Assembly: GCA_963809895.1 (NCBI GenBank)
Contig: CAWELD010000003.1
Span: forward strand, 2,464,001-2,528,000
DNA: 64,000 nt
Origin: an uncultured Gemmatimonadales bacterium
Lineage (GTDB): Bacteria > Gemmatimonadota > Gemmatimonadetes > Longimicrobiales > Gaopeijiaceae
Direction: 5' to 3'
The notes under the pieces: generated by a model
The model's database searches: none
The model's input: only the letters and a program-made list of their open reading frames with translations
What the model was told of the DNA's origin: nothing
In this document: positions 37,604-46,843 of the stretch, piece by piece
Position numbering within the stretch: position 1 is the stretch's first letter
How the letters are laid out: each line of letters opens with the position of its first letter
Position numbers and translations under genes: made by a program

Positions 37604-39454
37604 GTGAAGCTGTTCAAGGACCTCCTGGAACGCCATGTCGCCCGCTACTTCGTGGCCTATTGCGCGGCGGGTTGGGCGGCGCTGGAGGCGGTGGACCAGC
37701 TCCGTGAGAACGGCGTCGTGCCCGGTTGGGTGTGGCGTGCCGCCTTCGCGCTGTTCCTGTCCGGCCTGCCCGGCGCCGTCATCGTCTCCTGGTTCCATGG
37801 CGCCAAGGGCAAGCAGGTCATGCCCACCATCGAGAAATGGCTGCTGGCGGGGGTAGGCGTCTTCGCCGTGGCCGTGACCGTGTCCGTGGCACGCAGCGGG
37901 ATGGAGCCCACCACGGGAGCGACGGCCGAACTGGAACCTTGGCAGGACCCGAGCCACGTGGCCGTCCTCTACTTCGACGCCCGCGGAGGCGGCGACGCCG
38001 ACTTCCTGGCCTCGGGTCTCACCGAGGGCCTCATCGACGAGCTGAGCGCCGTCGAGGGCATCCACGTCGTGTCCAAGAACGGCTCCCAGCTCTTCCGGAA
38101 CTCGACGGCCCCACCGGACAGCATCGGCAAGACCCTCGAGGTGGGAACGCTTGTGGGGGGCACCGTCGCCCAGGCCGGCGACCGCGTGCAGGTAGACGTC
38201 AACGTCACCAACGCGGCCACCGGCAAACAATACGCGACGACCCGCCTGCAGAGGCCACGCACGGAGATCTTCGAGCTCACCGATACCCTGGCGAAGACCG
38301 TGGCGCTCTTCCTGCGTCAGCAGATCGGCGTCGAGGTCGGTGACGTTCGGCTGCGCGCCGGGACCAATGTTCCGGGAGCCTGGGAACTGGTGCAGCAAGC
38401 GGCCAATGCGGAGCGCGAGGCCAAGGAGCTCACCACGTCCAATGACCTGCAAGGCGCGGCGCGGGCCTACACGCGCGCCGATTCCACGCTGGCCCAGGCC
38501 GAGGCCACGGATCCTTCGTGGATCGAACCCGTGGTACGCCGCGGGTGGCTCGCCTACCAGCAGGCGCGGCTGGGAGGCCTGGACCGCTCCCAGTATCAAC
38601 GCTGGATCGACGCCGGTCTGGGTCACGCCGAGCAGGCCCTGGCCATGGACTCCACCAACGCCGGAGCGCTGGACCTGAAGGCGACGCTCCAGTACTGGCG
38701 CTACCTCCTCAACCTGGCAGGAGGCGCGGAAGAATCGCAGCGGCTCTTCCAGGAAGCGGAAGCGGGCTTCCGGGCCGCGACGCTGCACGACCGTAATCGC
38801 GCATCGGCGTATACGTCGCTCAGCCACCTGCTCCTCAACAAGGGAGAGGTGGCGCAGGCCAAGCTGGCCGCGGAGAGCGCGTACGAAGCGGACCCGTTCC
38901 TGGAGAACGCCAATCTGACGCTCTGGCGCCTGGTGAGCGCCTCCTGGGACCTGAACGACGCCGTGGAAGCGGAGCGATACTGCAACGAAGGGCTGCGGCG
39001 CTTTCCCGACGACTACCGCTTTCACCAGTGCCGCCTCATGCTGCAGGGCTTGCCCGAGCGCACCCCGGATATCGACGAGGCGTGGCAGAGGCTGGCCGAG
39101 TTCGCAGAGCTGAGCCCGCCTCAGGTCCGCGAGGTGAACCGGCACAAGGGCATGATGTACGTTGCCATGGCCCTGGCCCGGGCCAATCAGCCGGACTCGG
39201 CCCGCGCCGTGGCGCTGAACGGGCGCGTGCCGGCGGAAGAGGACCCGATCCGGGAGGTCAGCTACTTCGAGGCCTTCGTCCGGACCTGGCTGGGCGACTA
39301 CGACGAGGCCACACGCCTCATGGGCCTCTACCTGGCGGCGAACCCGGGCCTGCGTGATTCCTACCGCGACGCCGTGGAGCAGAAGGAAGTGCCCTGGTAC
39401 CTCGCGGATCTGGCGGACTTCCCCGCCTTTCGCTCACTATTGGGCGCGCGCTGA
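37604..39454 (+). CDS. Membrane protein with TolB-like/FlgO-like domain and TPR repeats
   Basis: Three N-terminal TMs; AVLYFD...FLASGLTEGLIDELSAVEGIHVVS; helical TPR-like C-terminus. Confidence 0.8.
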   Translation: MKLFKDLLERHVARYFVAYCAAGWAALEAVDQLRENGVVPGWVWRAAFALFLSGLPGAVIVSWFHGAKGKQVMPTIEKWLLAGVGVFAVAVTVSVARSGMEPTTGATAELEPWQDPSHVAVLYFDARGGGDADFLASGLTEGLIDELSAVEGIHVVSKNGSQLFRNSTAPPDSIGKTLEVGTLVGGTVAQAGDRVQVDVNVTNAATGKQYATTRLQRPRTEIFELTDTLAKTVALFLRQQIGVEVGDVRLRAGTNVPGAWELVQQAANAEREAKELTTSNDLQGAARAYTRADSTLAQAEATDPSWIEPVVRRGWLAYQQARLGGLDRSQYQRWIDAGLGHAEQALAMDSTNAGALDLKATLQYWRYLLNLAGGAEESQRLFQEAEAGFRAATLHDRNRASAYTSLSHLLLNKGEVAQAKLAAESAYEADPFLENANLTLWRLVSASWDLNDAVEAERYCNEGLRRFPDDYRFHQCRLMLQGLPERTPDIDEAWQRLAEFAELSPPQVREVNRHKGMMYVAMALARANQPDSARAVALNGRVPAEEDPIREVSYFEAFVRTWLGDYDEATRLMGLYLAANPGLRDSYRDAVEQKEVPWYLADLADFPAFRSLLGAR

Positions 39455-39494
39455 AACGCACGGCGACGCGCTTCCATCCCCGTTGGAGACCCCC

Positions 39495-40874
39495 ATGCAC
39501 AGCAAGACCCTCCCCTTCACACTTGCGGCCGGCCTCGCCGTAGTCGTGGCGTGGAGCTGCTCGGATTCCTCCCAGCCACTCACTGAAGCCGTGCCGGCGC
39601 CCTCCCGGTCTCCGACGTTCGCGCCCGGCACCTGCACGAACCTGGGAGACGTCACAAGCAACGCCCAGAGCTATTTCTCGGGCGACGACGAGACGACGGT
39701 GCTCAACCGGCTGGACCACCTCTCCAGCGCCTGCGCGAACGGAAACCAGCCCGCCACCGCTTCGCTCGCCTGGGGCATCCTCGACGTCCTGGAGGACGTG
39801 CTGCAGAACGGAAAGGGCGGTGACCCCGGGATCGGCGCCGACTTCGTAAATGGCATTCTCGATTGCATCGAGGATCTGTGCGCTCCGGGAGCCGGTGAGG
39901 AGAGCGGCCTGGACTTCCTGGCCGCGCTGGGCCCACAAGGGATCTTCGCGGTGCGCTACGGGGGATCGACCCCGGCGATCGCCAGAGGCCCGATCAGCTT
40001 CGTCGACTTCGACGGAAAGCAGAATCAAGGACTGTGGGGAATCGAGGTCCAGGGCGATTGGGAAACCGTGACCGGTGCCGATCCGCTCCTCCTCTACGGC
40101 GGACCGCTGATGCAGAACCCGACCACCATCCTGGATCAGAGCCTCGGAGACGTGCAGGCCAACATCAAGCGATATCCCATCGTCGGGAAGTTCGTCGACG
40201 GGGGACTCCACGTGGGCCTGTGCCTGAAGTATGAGACCACGCTGCCACACCCGAACGACGACCCGTCGCTGCCGCCGCTGGAGCCTCGCATCCAGAGGGA
40301 GTCCGTGCTCCTGGAAGACTACAGCCCGGGATTCTGCGGTGGCTTCTCCATGCCGGCCTCGGCCAGCATCCAGAGCGCGTCGGTGGTGGGATCGGCCCTG
40401 GCGGGCCTCCGGAGCCTCCTCCTGTCCCCGCCGCCGCCGGCCTTCGCCGAGCGCAGGATCGTGGCCGTGGGCGGAACGCCGCTGGATTTCTCCCGCTTCG
40501 CGCCAGTGGGCGCCGCCACGGACGGCTTCCTGGAGTTCGTGTCGGGTCCCGACAGCCGCGCCGTCGAAGGCGAGTCCGTCGGCGACATCCAGGTGCGCGC
40601 CAGGTCCGGCGGTGGCACGCCCATCGAAAAGGTGGAAGTCACCCTGTCCATCAAGAACAACAAGGGTGAGCCCGCCGGAGCCTTCCTCACCGGCGACGTC
40701 GTCTCGGTCACCGACGAGGACCGGGGCATCGCGGTTTTCGGCGACCTGGGCGCCGACCCGCCGGCGGCCAACAAGCCCGGTGGCTATCTGTTGTGCGCCA
40801 CAGGCACAGTGAACGGCTTCACCTTCGCCGAGGTGTGTTCGGAGCGGTTCCACGTGAACAAGGCCAAGAAGTAG
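39495..40874 (+). CDS. Hypothetical lipoprotein with C-terminal Ig-like domain
   Basis: MHSKTLP...VVAWSC lipobox; C-terminal IQVRARSGGGTP..VEVTLSI...TDEDRGIAVFGDL...GYLLCAT Ig-like pattern; GGAG RBS. Confidence 0.7.
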   Translation: MHSKTLPFTLAAGLAVVVAWSCSDSSQPLTEAVPAPSRSPTFAPGTCTNLGDVTSNAQSYFSGDDETTVLNRLDHLSSACANGNQPATASLAWGILDVLEDVLQNGKGGDPGIGADFVNGILDCIEDLCAPGAGEESGLDFLAALGPQGIFAVRYGGSTPAIARGPISFVDFDGKQNQGLWGIEVQGDWETVTGADPLLLYGGPLMQNPTTILDQSLGDVQANIKRYPIVGKFVDGGLHVGLCLKYETTLPHPNDDPSLPPLEPRIQRESVLLEDYSPGFCGGFSMPASASIQSASVVGSALAGLRSLLLSPPPPAFAERRIVAVGGTPLDFSRFAPVGAATDGFLEFVSGPDSRAVEGESVGDIQVRARSGGGTPIEKVEVTLSIKNNKGEPAGAFLTGDVVSVTDEDRGIAVFGDLGADPPAANKPGGYLLCATGTVNGFTFAEVCSERFHVNKAKK

Positions 40875-40946
40875 TGGTCCGACCCGGTGGCTTGCGTCGT
40901 TTCGGACAAGCCCCTGGGGTGATTCGACCCACCCCGAATGCAAGAA

Positions 40947-40973
40947 TCCCCCGCCGGCGAGGCCGGCGGGGGA
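40947..40973. terminator. Hairpin between convergent genes
   Basis: TCCCCCGCCGGC-GAG-GCCGGCGGGGGA perfect stem; TTCTTG follows on the minus strand. Confidence 0.6.
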
Positions 40974-40995
40974 CGAAGGCGTTGCGATCCAGCGG

Positions 40996-41439
40996 TCAGA
41001 AGGAGCCGTCGCCGGTGACGGTGAGATGCGCCACGCAGGACCCGTTCTCGCCGGTGAGGCTCACCTCATGGGTTCCCGGAACGGCGGCGTTGGTGTTGAG
41101 CCAGAGAACCGCCACGTTGGCATCCTCTCGCGACATCTCGATGGGCTTCGGCGGCGTGTCCGGATTGGCCATGTCCTGCCTCGGCAGATCCTCGGGCGCC
41201 GCGATCAGGATGCCGGTGTCCTCGGGCGCCTGGATGGCGCTGATGGTTCCGACGTCCTCCGACAGGGTGAACGCCACTCGCACAGCCGGCTGACCGGCGG
41301 CGACCTCCAGCGGGAGCACCTCGGCGGTGCACTGCTGGGGCTCGGCCTGCTCCTGGGCCGTGAGGGCCTGGGGTGACGCGGCGAAAGGAAGCGCCAGCAC
41401 CAGGGCGGGCAGGAGCGCATTCGAGAGGGACTTACGCAT
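40996..41439 (-). CDS. Small secreted hypothetical protein
   Basis: ATG with GGAGGT RBS; signal peptide; beta-sandwich-like with two Cys. Confidence 0.75.
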   Translation of the reverse strand: MRKSLSNALLPALVLALPFAASPQALTAQEQAEPQQCTAEVLPLEVAAGQPAVRVAFTLSEDVGTISAIQAPEDTGILIAAPEDLPRQDMANPDTPPKPIEMSREDANVAVLWLNTNAAVPGTHEVSLTGENGSCVAHLTVTGDGSF

Positions 41440-41507
41440 GGTACACCTCCAGCGGTACTGCATGAACCGTCCGTCGCCGGAGAAGCCCGACGACTGCCCT
41501 GGAGGAT

Positions 41508-41523
41508 TGCAATCGGCGTGCCA
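41508..41523 (-). promoter_or_regulatory. Sigma-54 (-24/-12) promoter
   Basis: Minus strand TGGCACG-CCGA-TTGCA, an exact match to TGGCACG-N4-TTGCW, about 70 bp upstream of the ATG at 41439. Confidence 0.8.
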
Positions 41524-41544
41524 GCCGCTGCCGGGAAAGCCGCG

Positions 41545-43047
41545 CTACCGCCCACGCTCGAGAAATTGCAGCCCCGTGATCTCCTCGACGCCGCCCTCGT
41601 CGCTCTCGTTGCGCTGGCGCAAAAGCACCCGGGGGCGTCCAACCCGGAAGTAGGACACGGTGTTGGACAGGCCGCTGGCCACGTTCACCCGGAGCGCGTC
41701 GTAGTCGTCTCCGGCGATCTGGATCGTCTCGGCGCCCATGACGTCGAAGCGGTCGTGCACCAGCTCGCCCGTGCGCGGGTCGAAGGTCACCAATTCCACG
41801 CTCCGGCCCACGAGGCTGTCGGCGGCCAGGGTGGCGAAGGCCAGGTTGCGCATGCCGCGAGCCACCACGCCCTCGGGCAGCTCCCGGTCGAGCTCCCGGG
41901 CAGGTCCGGCCGTATCCCTGATGATGCCGCGCACGCGGCCGTCCTCGAAGCTGAGGTCGTAGTCGGCGCTCTTCCAGGTATCGCCGGTCCACCACGCCGT
42001 CTCGCCCCGCGCCGAGATGGGCACCAGACCGTCGAGGTGGGAAAGGGTGCGACTGCGTTCCCGCTTCACCGTCTGCTCGGTGCCGAATGGCTCGGTCCGT
42101 CGCGTGGTCTCGCTCTCCATGTAGCGCTCGACGCGGGGCTCCTCCGAGCCCACGGTCTCGATGATCCGGTAGGTGATGCGCGTGCGACGCCAGCGGTCGG
42201 CGCCCACGTGCACGCTCATCTCGGCCTGGTAGCCTCCGAAGCCCTGGAGGTCGAAGCGAAGGCCCCGATTCACCGAGCTCCGCGCAGTCGACGCCCGGGG
42301 AGCATCGGGCTGATCGTCGTTGGCGGTGGGGCTCAGCACCGCCACGGGCGTTCCGCCGATGTGCGCGAGCAGGCCCCGGGCGTAGTTGATGGGCACCGCG
42401 AAGTTCAGATTCTGGCCTGCCTGCATCTGTGACGAGGCGATCCCCACTACCTCTCCGCTCAGCGACATGACCGGCCCACCGCTGGAGCCCTGCGATGCCG
42501 GCGCACTGATCTGCAGAAGCTGGAAGCCTTCCGGCTCCTGCCTTCGGCCGCTGATGATCCCGGTGGTTACCGTGTTCTCGAGCCCCAGCGGGCTGCCGAT
42601 CAGCACCACCGGACTCCCGATGCGAACCGAGTCGGAATTGCCCATGGGGAGGGCCGGAAGATCGAACCCGGGGATCTGCAACACCGCGATGTCCCGACGC
42701 TCGTCGACAGCGAGCACGGTGGCGGCGTCGTAGACATCGCCCGAGGCCAGCTTCAAGCGTACCGAGCGCGCATCGCGGATGACGTGGTTGTTCGTGATGA
42801 TCCGGCCGGAAGAGTCCACCAGGAATCCACTTCCCTGTCGGCTCCCCGACGGGGTCACGGCATCGATGAGGACGACCGAGCGGATCGCCTGTGCGGCCAG
42901 CTCCTCGAGCGAATCGGCCTGCACGAGCCGCACGGCGGACGCCTCCGCCGCCGGAGGACAGACCAGCATGAAGGTGGCGATGGCCGCGAGGGGCGCGGCG
43001 CGGGCCCGAAGGAGCCGGAGCGTATGGCGTTGGAGGGTGCGGCTCAT
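41545..43047 (-). CDS. Trypsin-like S1C serine protease without PDZ, fused to a DUF3108-like C-terminal domain
   Basis: GSGF, ITNNHV, RDIAVL, GSPLGLENTVTTGIISG, SQGSSGGP, NLNFAVPI. Confidence 0.85.
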   Translation of the reverse strand: MSRTLQRHTLRLLRARAAPLAAIATFMLVCPPAAEASAVRLVQADSLEELAAQAIRSVVLIDAVTPSGSRQGSGFLVDSSGRIITNNHVIRDARSVRLKLASGDVYDAATVLAVDERRDIAVLQIPGFDLPALPMGNSDSVRIGSPVVLIGSPLGLENTVTTGIISGRRQEPEGFQLLQISAPASQGSSGGPVMSLSGEVVGIASSQMQAGQNLNFAVPINYARGLLAHIGGTPVAVLSPTANDDQPDAPRASTARSSVNRGLRFDLQGFGGYQAEMSVHVGADRWRRTRITYRIIETVGSEEPRVERYMESETTRRTEPFGTEQTVKRERSRTLSHLDGLVPISARGETAWWTGDTWKSADYDLSFEDGRVRGIIRDTAGPARELDRELPEGVVARGMRNLAFATLAADSLVGRSVELVTFDPRTGELVHDRFDVMGAETIQIAGDDYDALRVNVASGLSNTVSYFRVGRPRVLLRQRNESDEGGVEEITGLQFLERGR

Positions 43048-43151
43048 GTCATGGACTCCTGCGACAATGGCGGGGGGTGGTCGCCCCCCGCGACGAACTT
43101 CCACCTGCATGGACTACCGACGACCGCTCTGCAGGTTCGTCCTGGAACGAC

Positions 43152-45788
43152 TCACCCCGGGGTGAGTAGCACGCTGACCTTGGCCACCAGAATGTCCTGG
43201 CCCGGATCCCGGAGAGCGTCCAGGAAGGCGTCGGTGCCGACGCCCTCCATGCGGTCGCCGAAGCGCCAGCGGTTCTTCTGCCAGATGAGGAAGAGCGAGC
43301 TTCCCCGCCTCCATTCCCACCGGAAGACCGCCGTGGCGCGGAAGGACCGCACCCAGAAATCGTAGTTCTCCAGTCTGAAAACCGCATCCCCGTCGCTGAC
43401 CTCCCATGCCCCGTCGTCCAGGCGCGTCAGCGTGGACGAGCCCTCGCCGTAGAGCCGGAGCCGGCGCGAGCGGGGCGCCACCAGCTCGCCGGGCTCGTGG
43501 ACTCCTCCCGTGGAGATGAAGGGCTCGGCGTACAGGGTCAGGACCGCGTCGGGCGCGAAGGCGATGCGGCTTCGACCCTGGAGGAAGTACTCCTTCCGTT
43601 CCATCCTCGAGAAGACGTAGCGCGTGCCGAAGGTGGCTTCGGGGCCTCCGTCGACCGCGGCGAGAAAGAGCCGGGAGTCGTCGCCCAGTGATCCCCCCGC
43701 CAACAGCGAGAGCTCCACACGACGCCCGCTCTGGACCGTCACGCCTCCGCTGAGGCCCGAGCTCCATCCGTGGAACTCGTCCAGGAACCCGTCGGCCTGC
43801 AGGCTCCACCAGAATCCCCCGGTGTGGGCGCTTCCCATCTCGGCGTCGACCCACCAGGAGCGGGCCGTGCCCATGAGCGGGCCTCCACGAGTGAGATCGT
43901 CGGAGAGGGCGCGCAGGTTCATCCCCGCCTCGAGATAGGTCGTCCACAGGTTGGCCCAGGTGGCTGAGAAGAACGCTGACGGTGACGCCTGACGGCGCAG
44001 TCCCGCGAAGTTCCAACCGCCGGTGAAGCCCAGGCCCATGCCGTGGTTCCGGAGCAGGCCCCGGGAGTCCCGGATGTCCTTGCGGACCCCGACGCGGGCC
44101 TCGATGCGGTCGGCCCGGGTCTGACTGCCGGCATCACGGATGTCGAATCCGGGCGACGATGCCGTGGCCTGGAGGTCCCAGCGCCACTCCCCACCGCCCA
44201 CGCGGCCCGCCGTGAATCCGGCTGCCCAGCCCGACAGGTCGGTACGGGTGGAATCCAGCCGGACGTGATCCTGGTCCGGCCGTTGGAAGAAGTGGGTGGA
44301 GGACAGCTGGAGCCGGGTCATGGCGTCGGCGCTTCCCGTAACTCGACTGCCGCCCAGGAAGCCGGTCACTTCATAGCGACCGTCGGCGGCCCGGAGCACG
44401 AAGTCGGCTCCGCCGGCGAGGGCACGCCGGGGGATCAGCTGCTGCAGCCCGCCGCCATCGGCGAGAAAGCGCTCGACGCCGGTGGCCATGAGTCCGATCG
44501 CGGAACCCGACGGTCCGAGCTCCTGCTGCACGCGCCCCACCGCGAAGAGCGTGCTGGGAGCGACCTCGCTGCGGGCGCCCGCGCCAGGCTCAGGAACGGA
44601 CTCCTGGCCCGTCAGCGCGCTCAGGGCACCCACCGACAGCCCGTCGGGCATCCGTCCCGTGAGCTTGGCCCCGCCGATGATGCGCGCCGACTCCACTTCT
44701 TCGAAGACACCCTGACCACCCACATTCGGCACGGAGCCGATACGGCGCGAATAGAAGTAGTTGGGGCCTCGGGTGCGGAACAGCTCGCGGCCCTCGGTGA
44801 AGAAGGGCCTGCGCTCGGGAAAGAAGGTTTCGAAGGCGGTGAGGTTCACCCTCGCGGGGTCGGCCTCGACCTGTCCGAAGTCCGGATTGACCGTGGCCTC
44901 CAGCGTCAGGTTGGGCCCCAGACCCGCCTTCATGTCGCCGCCGAGCCGCGTGCTGTGGTCCGTGGTACCCGCCACCCCGTCCGCCGGATCGAGACGTGTG
45001 CCCCGTTCCAGGAGGTAGGGGACCAGCTCGATCCGGGACCCGGTCCGGATGTCGCGCAACCCGCGAAGGGCGCCGAAACGCGACACCCACCCGGTCTCCT
45101 CGTACGGCACGGCGACCCAGTACAGGTTGAGGAAGGTCGCCGGGTTCCAGCGCCGGACGTTCAAGCCCCACAGTTGCTGATCACCGGGCGAGAAGCGGAG
45201 CTGGCTGAAGGGGATGCGCATCTCGGCCGTCCACCCCTGGTCGTCGTGGGTCACCCGGGCGTCCCACACCGGGTTCCAGGAGTCGTCGCGCCAGCCCTCG
45301 TTGTCGCGGGCGTCCACGTAGTCGACGCGCACTCCCCCCACCGTCACGCCGAAGGTGAAGGCCGTGCGCCGGTCGCGGTACGTGTCCAGGGAGACGAGGA
45401 TGCGCTCGGTGTTGCCGGCCTCGTCGCGCCCGGCGAGCACCTGCCGGGGCCCCCCGTCCCGATCGGAGAGCATGCGAGCTCCCACGTAGAGGGCCTCGCC
45501 GTCATAGGCGAAGGCCACGGAGGTCTCGACGCGCGGTGCGAAGCTCCGGTCCTTGCCCTTCTGACGGAAGTCGTCGCGGAACTCCGCCCGACTCCATGCC
45601 TCTTCATCCAGCCTCCCGTCCACGGCGATGCTGCCCACCTGGACCCGCAGGACGGTCATCTCCTTCGCAGGAGCCACGCCGTCGACCGATCCCGACTCCT
45701 GCACAGCGGCCTGGGCCGGCGAGGACACACCGAGCACGCCCACGGCGACCCAGGACAGGACACCCAGGAACCGTCTCCGGATCGCCAT
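43152..45788 (-). CDS. CBM9-like + DUF5916 outer-membrane beta-barrel protein
   Basis: Signal peptide; IAVDGRLDEEAW, GWTAEMRIPFSQLRF, TVNPDFGQVEADP, FETFFPERRPFFTEG, FYSRRIG, TRGGP, RWEWRRGS. Confidence 0.85.
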   Translation of the reverse strand: MAIRRRFLGVLSWVAVGVLGVSSPAQAAVQESGSVDGVAPAKEMTVLRVQVGSIAVDGRLDEEAWSRAEFRDDFRQKGKDRSFAPRVETSVAFAYDGEALYVGARMLSDRDGGPRQVLAGRDEAGNTERILVSLDTYRDRRTAFTFGVTVGGVRVDYVDARDNEGWRDDSWNPVWDARVTHDDQGWTAEMRIPFSQLRFSPGDQQLWGLNVRRWNPATFLNLYWVAVPYEETGWVSRFGALRGLRDIRTGSRIELVPYLLERGTRLDPADGVAGTTDHSTRLGGDMKAGLGPNLTLEATVNPDFGQVEADPARVNLTAFETFFPERRPFFTEGRELFRTRGPNYFYSRRIGSVPNVGGQGVFEEVESARIIGGAKLTGRMPDGLSVGALSALTGQESVPEPGAGARSEVAPSTLFAVGRVQQELGPSGSAIGLMATGVERFLADGGGLQQLIPRRALAGGADFVLRAADGRYEVTGFLGGSRVTGSADAMTRLQLSSTHFFQRPDQDHVRLDSTRTDLSGWAAGFTAGRVGGGEWRWDLQATASSPGFDIRDAGSQTRADRIEARVGVRKDIRDSRGLLRNHGMGLGFTGGWNFAGLRRQASPSAFFSATWANLWTTYLEAGMNLRALSDDLTRGGPLMGTARSWWVDAEMGSAHTGGFWWSLQADGFLDEFHGWSSGLSGGVTVQSGRRVELSLLAGGSLGDDSRLFLAAVDGGPEATFGTRYVFSRMERKEYFLQGRSRIAFAPDAVLTLYAEPFISTGGVHEPGELVAPRSRRLRLYGEGSSTLTRLDDGAWEVSDGDAVFRLENYDFWVRSFRATAVFRWEWRRGSSLFLIWQKNRWRFGDRMEGVGTDAFLDALRDPGQDILVAKVSVLLTPG

Positions 45789-45790
45789 CG

Positions 45791-46843
45791 TCACGCTGCC
45801 AGCTCGTGTGCACATCGTCGGGCCTCCAGCAGCCAGTCGTTCTGGTGTTCACGCGGCGGAGTCCAATCCTTCGCCCAGCCGAGCCACTGCACCGCCTGCA
45901 ACAGCCGGCACATGGTGAGCTCGCGGTAGAACCCGATCCTGGAACGCCAGGTCATGCCCGCGGCTCGGGCCTCGGCGCGATATGCTTCCACCAGATCGGC
46001 GCGCGCCTCGGCGCCGAGCTCACCGGCGGTGAGCGCGGCCAGATCCAGGAGCCTGGGCCCGAAGCCGGCCATCTCCCAGTCCACGGGCCGGATGCATCCC
46101 CCCTCCCCTTCCACGAGGACGTTGGAGGGATAGAACTCGCCGTGGACGAAGACGGGATCGAGCTCCAGGACGGACTCGGCGGCGGCACGGTGCGCGTCGG
46201 CGATCTCGGCCAGGGCTTCGAGACGCTCGCGGGCCACGGCCGCCAGGGGCCCATCGACCTGCGTGCCGCCTCTGGCCAGCTGCACCGCCCTCCGAAACCA
46301 CCACCGGTGGAAGCGCCGATCGTGGGCGATGAGGGGCCCTCCGACGGCCGGCAGGCGCGCCATGTGGGCGTGGAAGCGAGCCAGCCACCGGGCCGCCTCC
46401 CTCCAGGCCCCGTGATCCCCCACCTCGGCGAGAGGCTCTCCGTGCACGGGCTCCAGAAAGAGCCAGTGGCGACCCCGGGCGCGATCCGAGACGATACCCA
46501 GGCAGCGGGGGGCACCCAGGGCGCGCGGCTGCAGGATGGTGCGATAGACCCAGGGCTCGCGGCCCGGATCCAGGATCCTCGAGGGCTTGGCTCGCAGGGC
46601 CAGGCTCCCCGGCACTTCCCGCGCCAGGTTCTTGAAGATCACCTGCAACGTGCGGCCGTCGTCCAGGGTCACCACGAGCTCCTCGATCCACCAGCTCGAA
46701 GCCCGGGCCACTGGTCGCCGGTCCACGCGATGGACCCGGGCGCCCGTGCGCACTTTCGCCACGATCCCGTCCAGGGCGCGCTCCAACGCCTCGGCATCGC
46801 TCATGACGCCCCGAATCGGGTCGGGCCGGCGCTCGCCGCTCAT
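45791..46843 (-). CDS. APH/choline-kinase-fold phosphotransferase
   Basis: VIFK, WLFLEPVHG, WLARFH, FVHGEFYPSNVLV, VDWEMAGFG; ATGA overlap with upstream gene. Confidence 0.85.
   Translation of the reverse strand: MSGERRPDPIRGVMSDAEALERALDGIVAKVRTGARVHRVDRRPVARASSWWIEELVVTLDDGRTLQVIFKNLAREVPGSLALRAKPSRILDPGREPWVYRTILQPRALGAPRCLGIVSDRARGRHWLFLEPVHGEPLAEVGDHGAWREAARWLARFHAHMARLPAVGGPLIAHDRRFHRWWFRRAVQLARGGTQVDGPLAAVARERLEALAEIADAHRAAAESVLELDPVFVHGEFYPSNVLVEGEGGCIRPVDWEMAGFGPRLLDLAALTAGELGAEARADLVEAYRAEARAAGMTWRSRIGFYRELTMCRLLQAVQWLGWAKDWTPPREHQNDWLLEARRCAHELAA

Noticed and set aside
45791..46843. Aminoglycoside resistance gene
   Set aside because: Only the fold is shared; the gene is embedded in a biosynthetic operon and has a variant catalytic motif.
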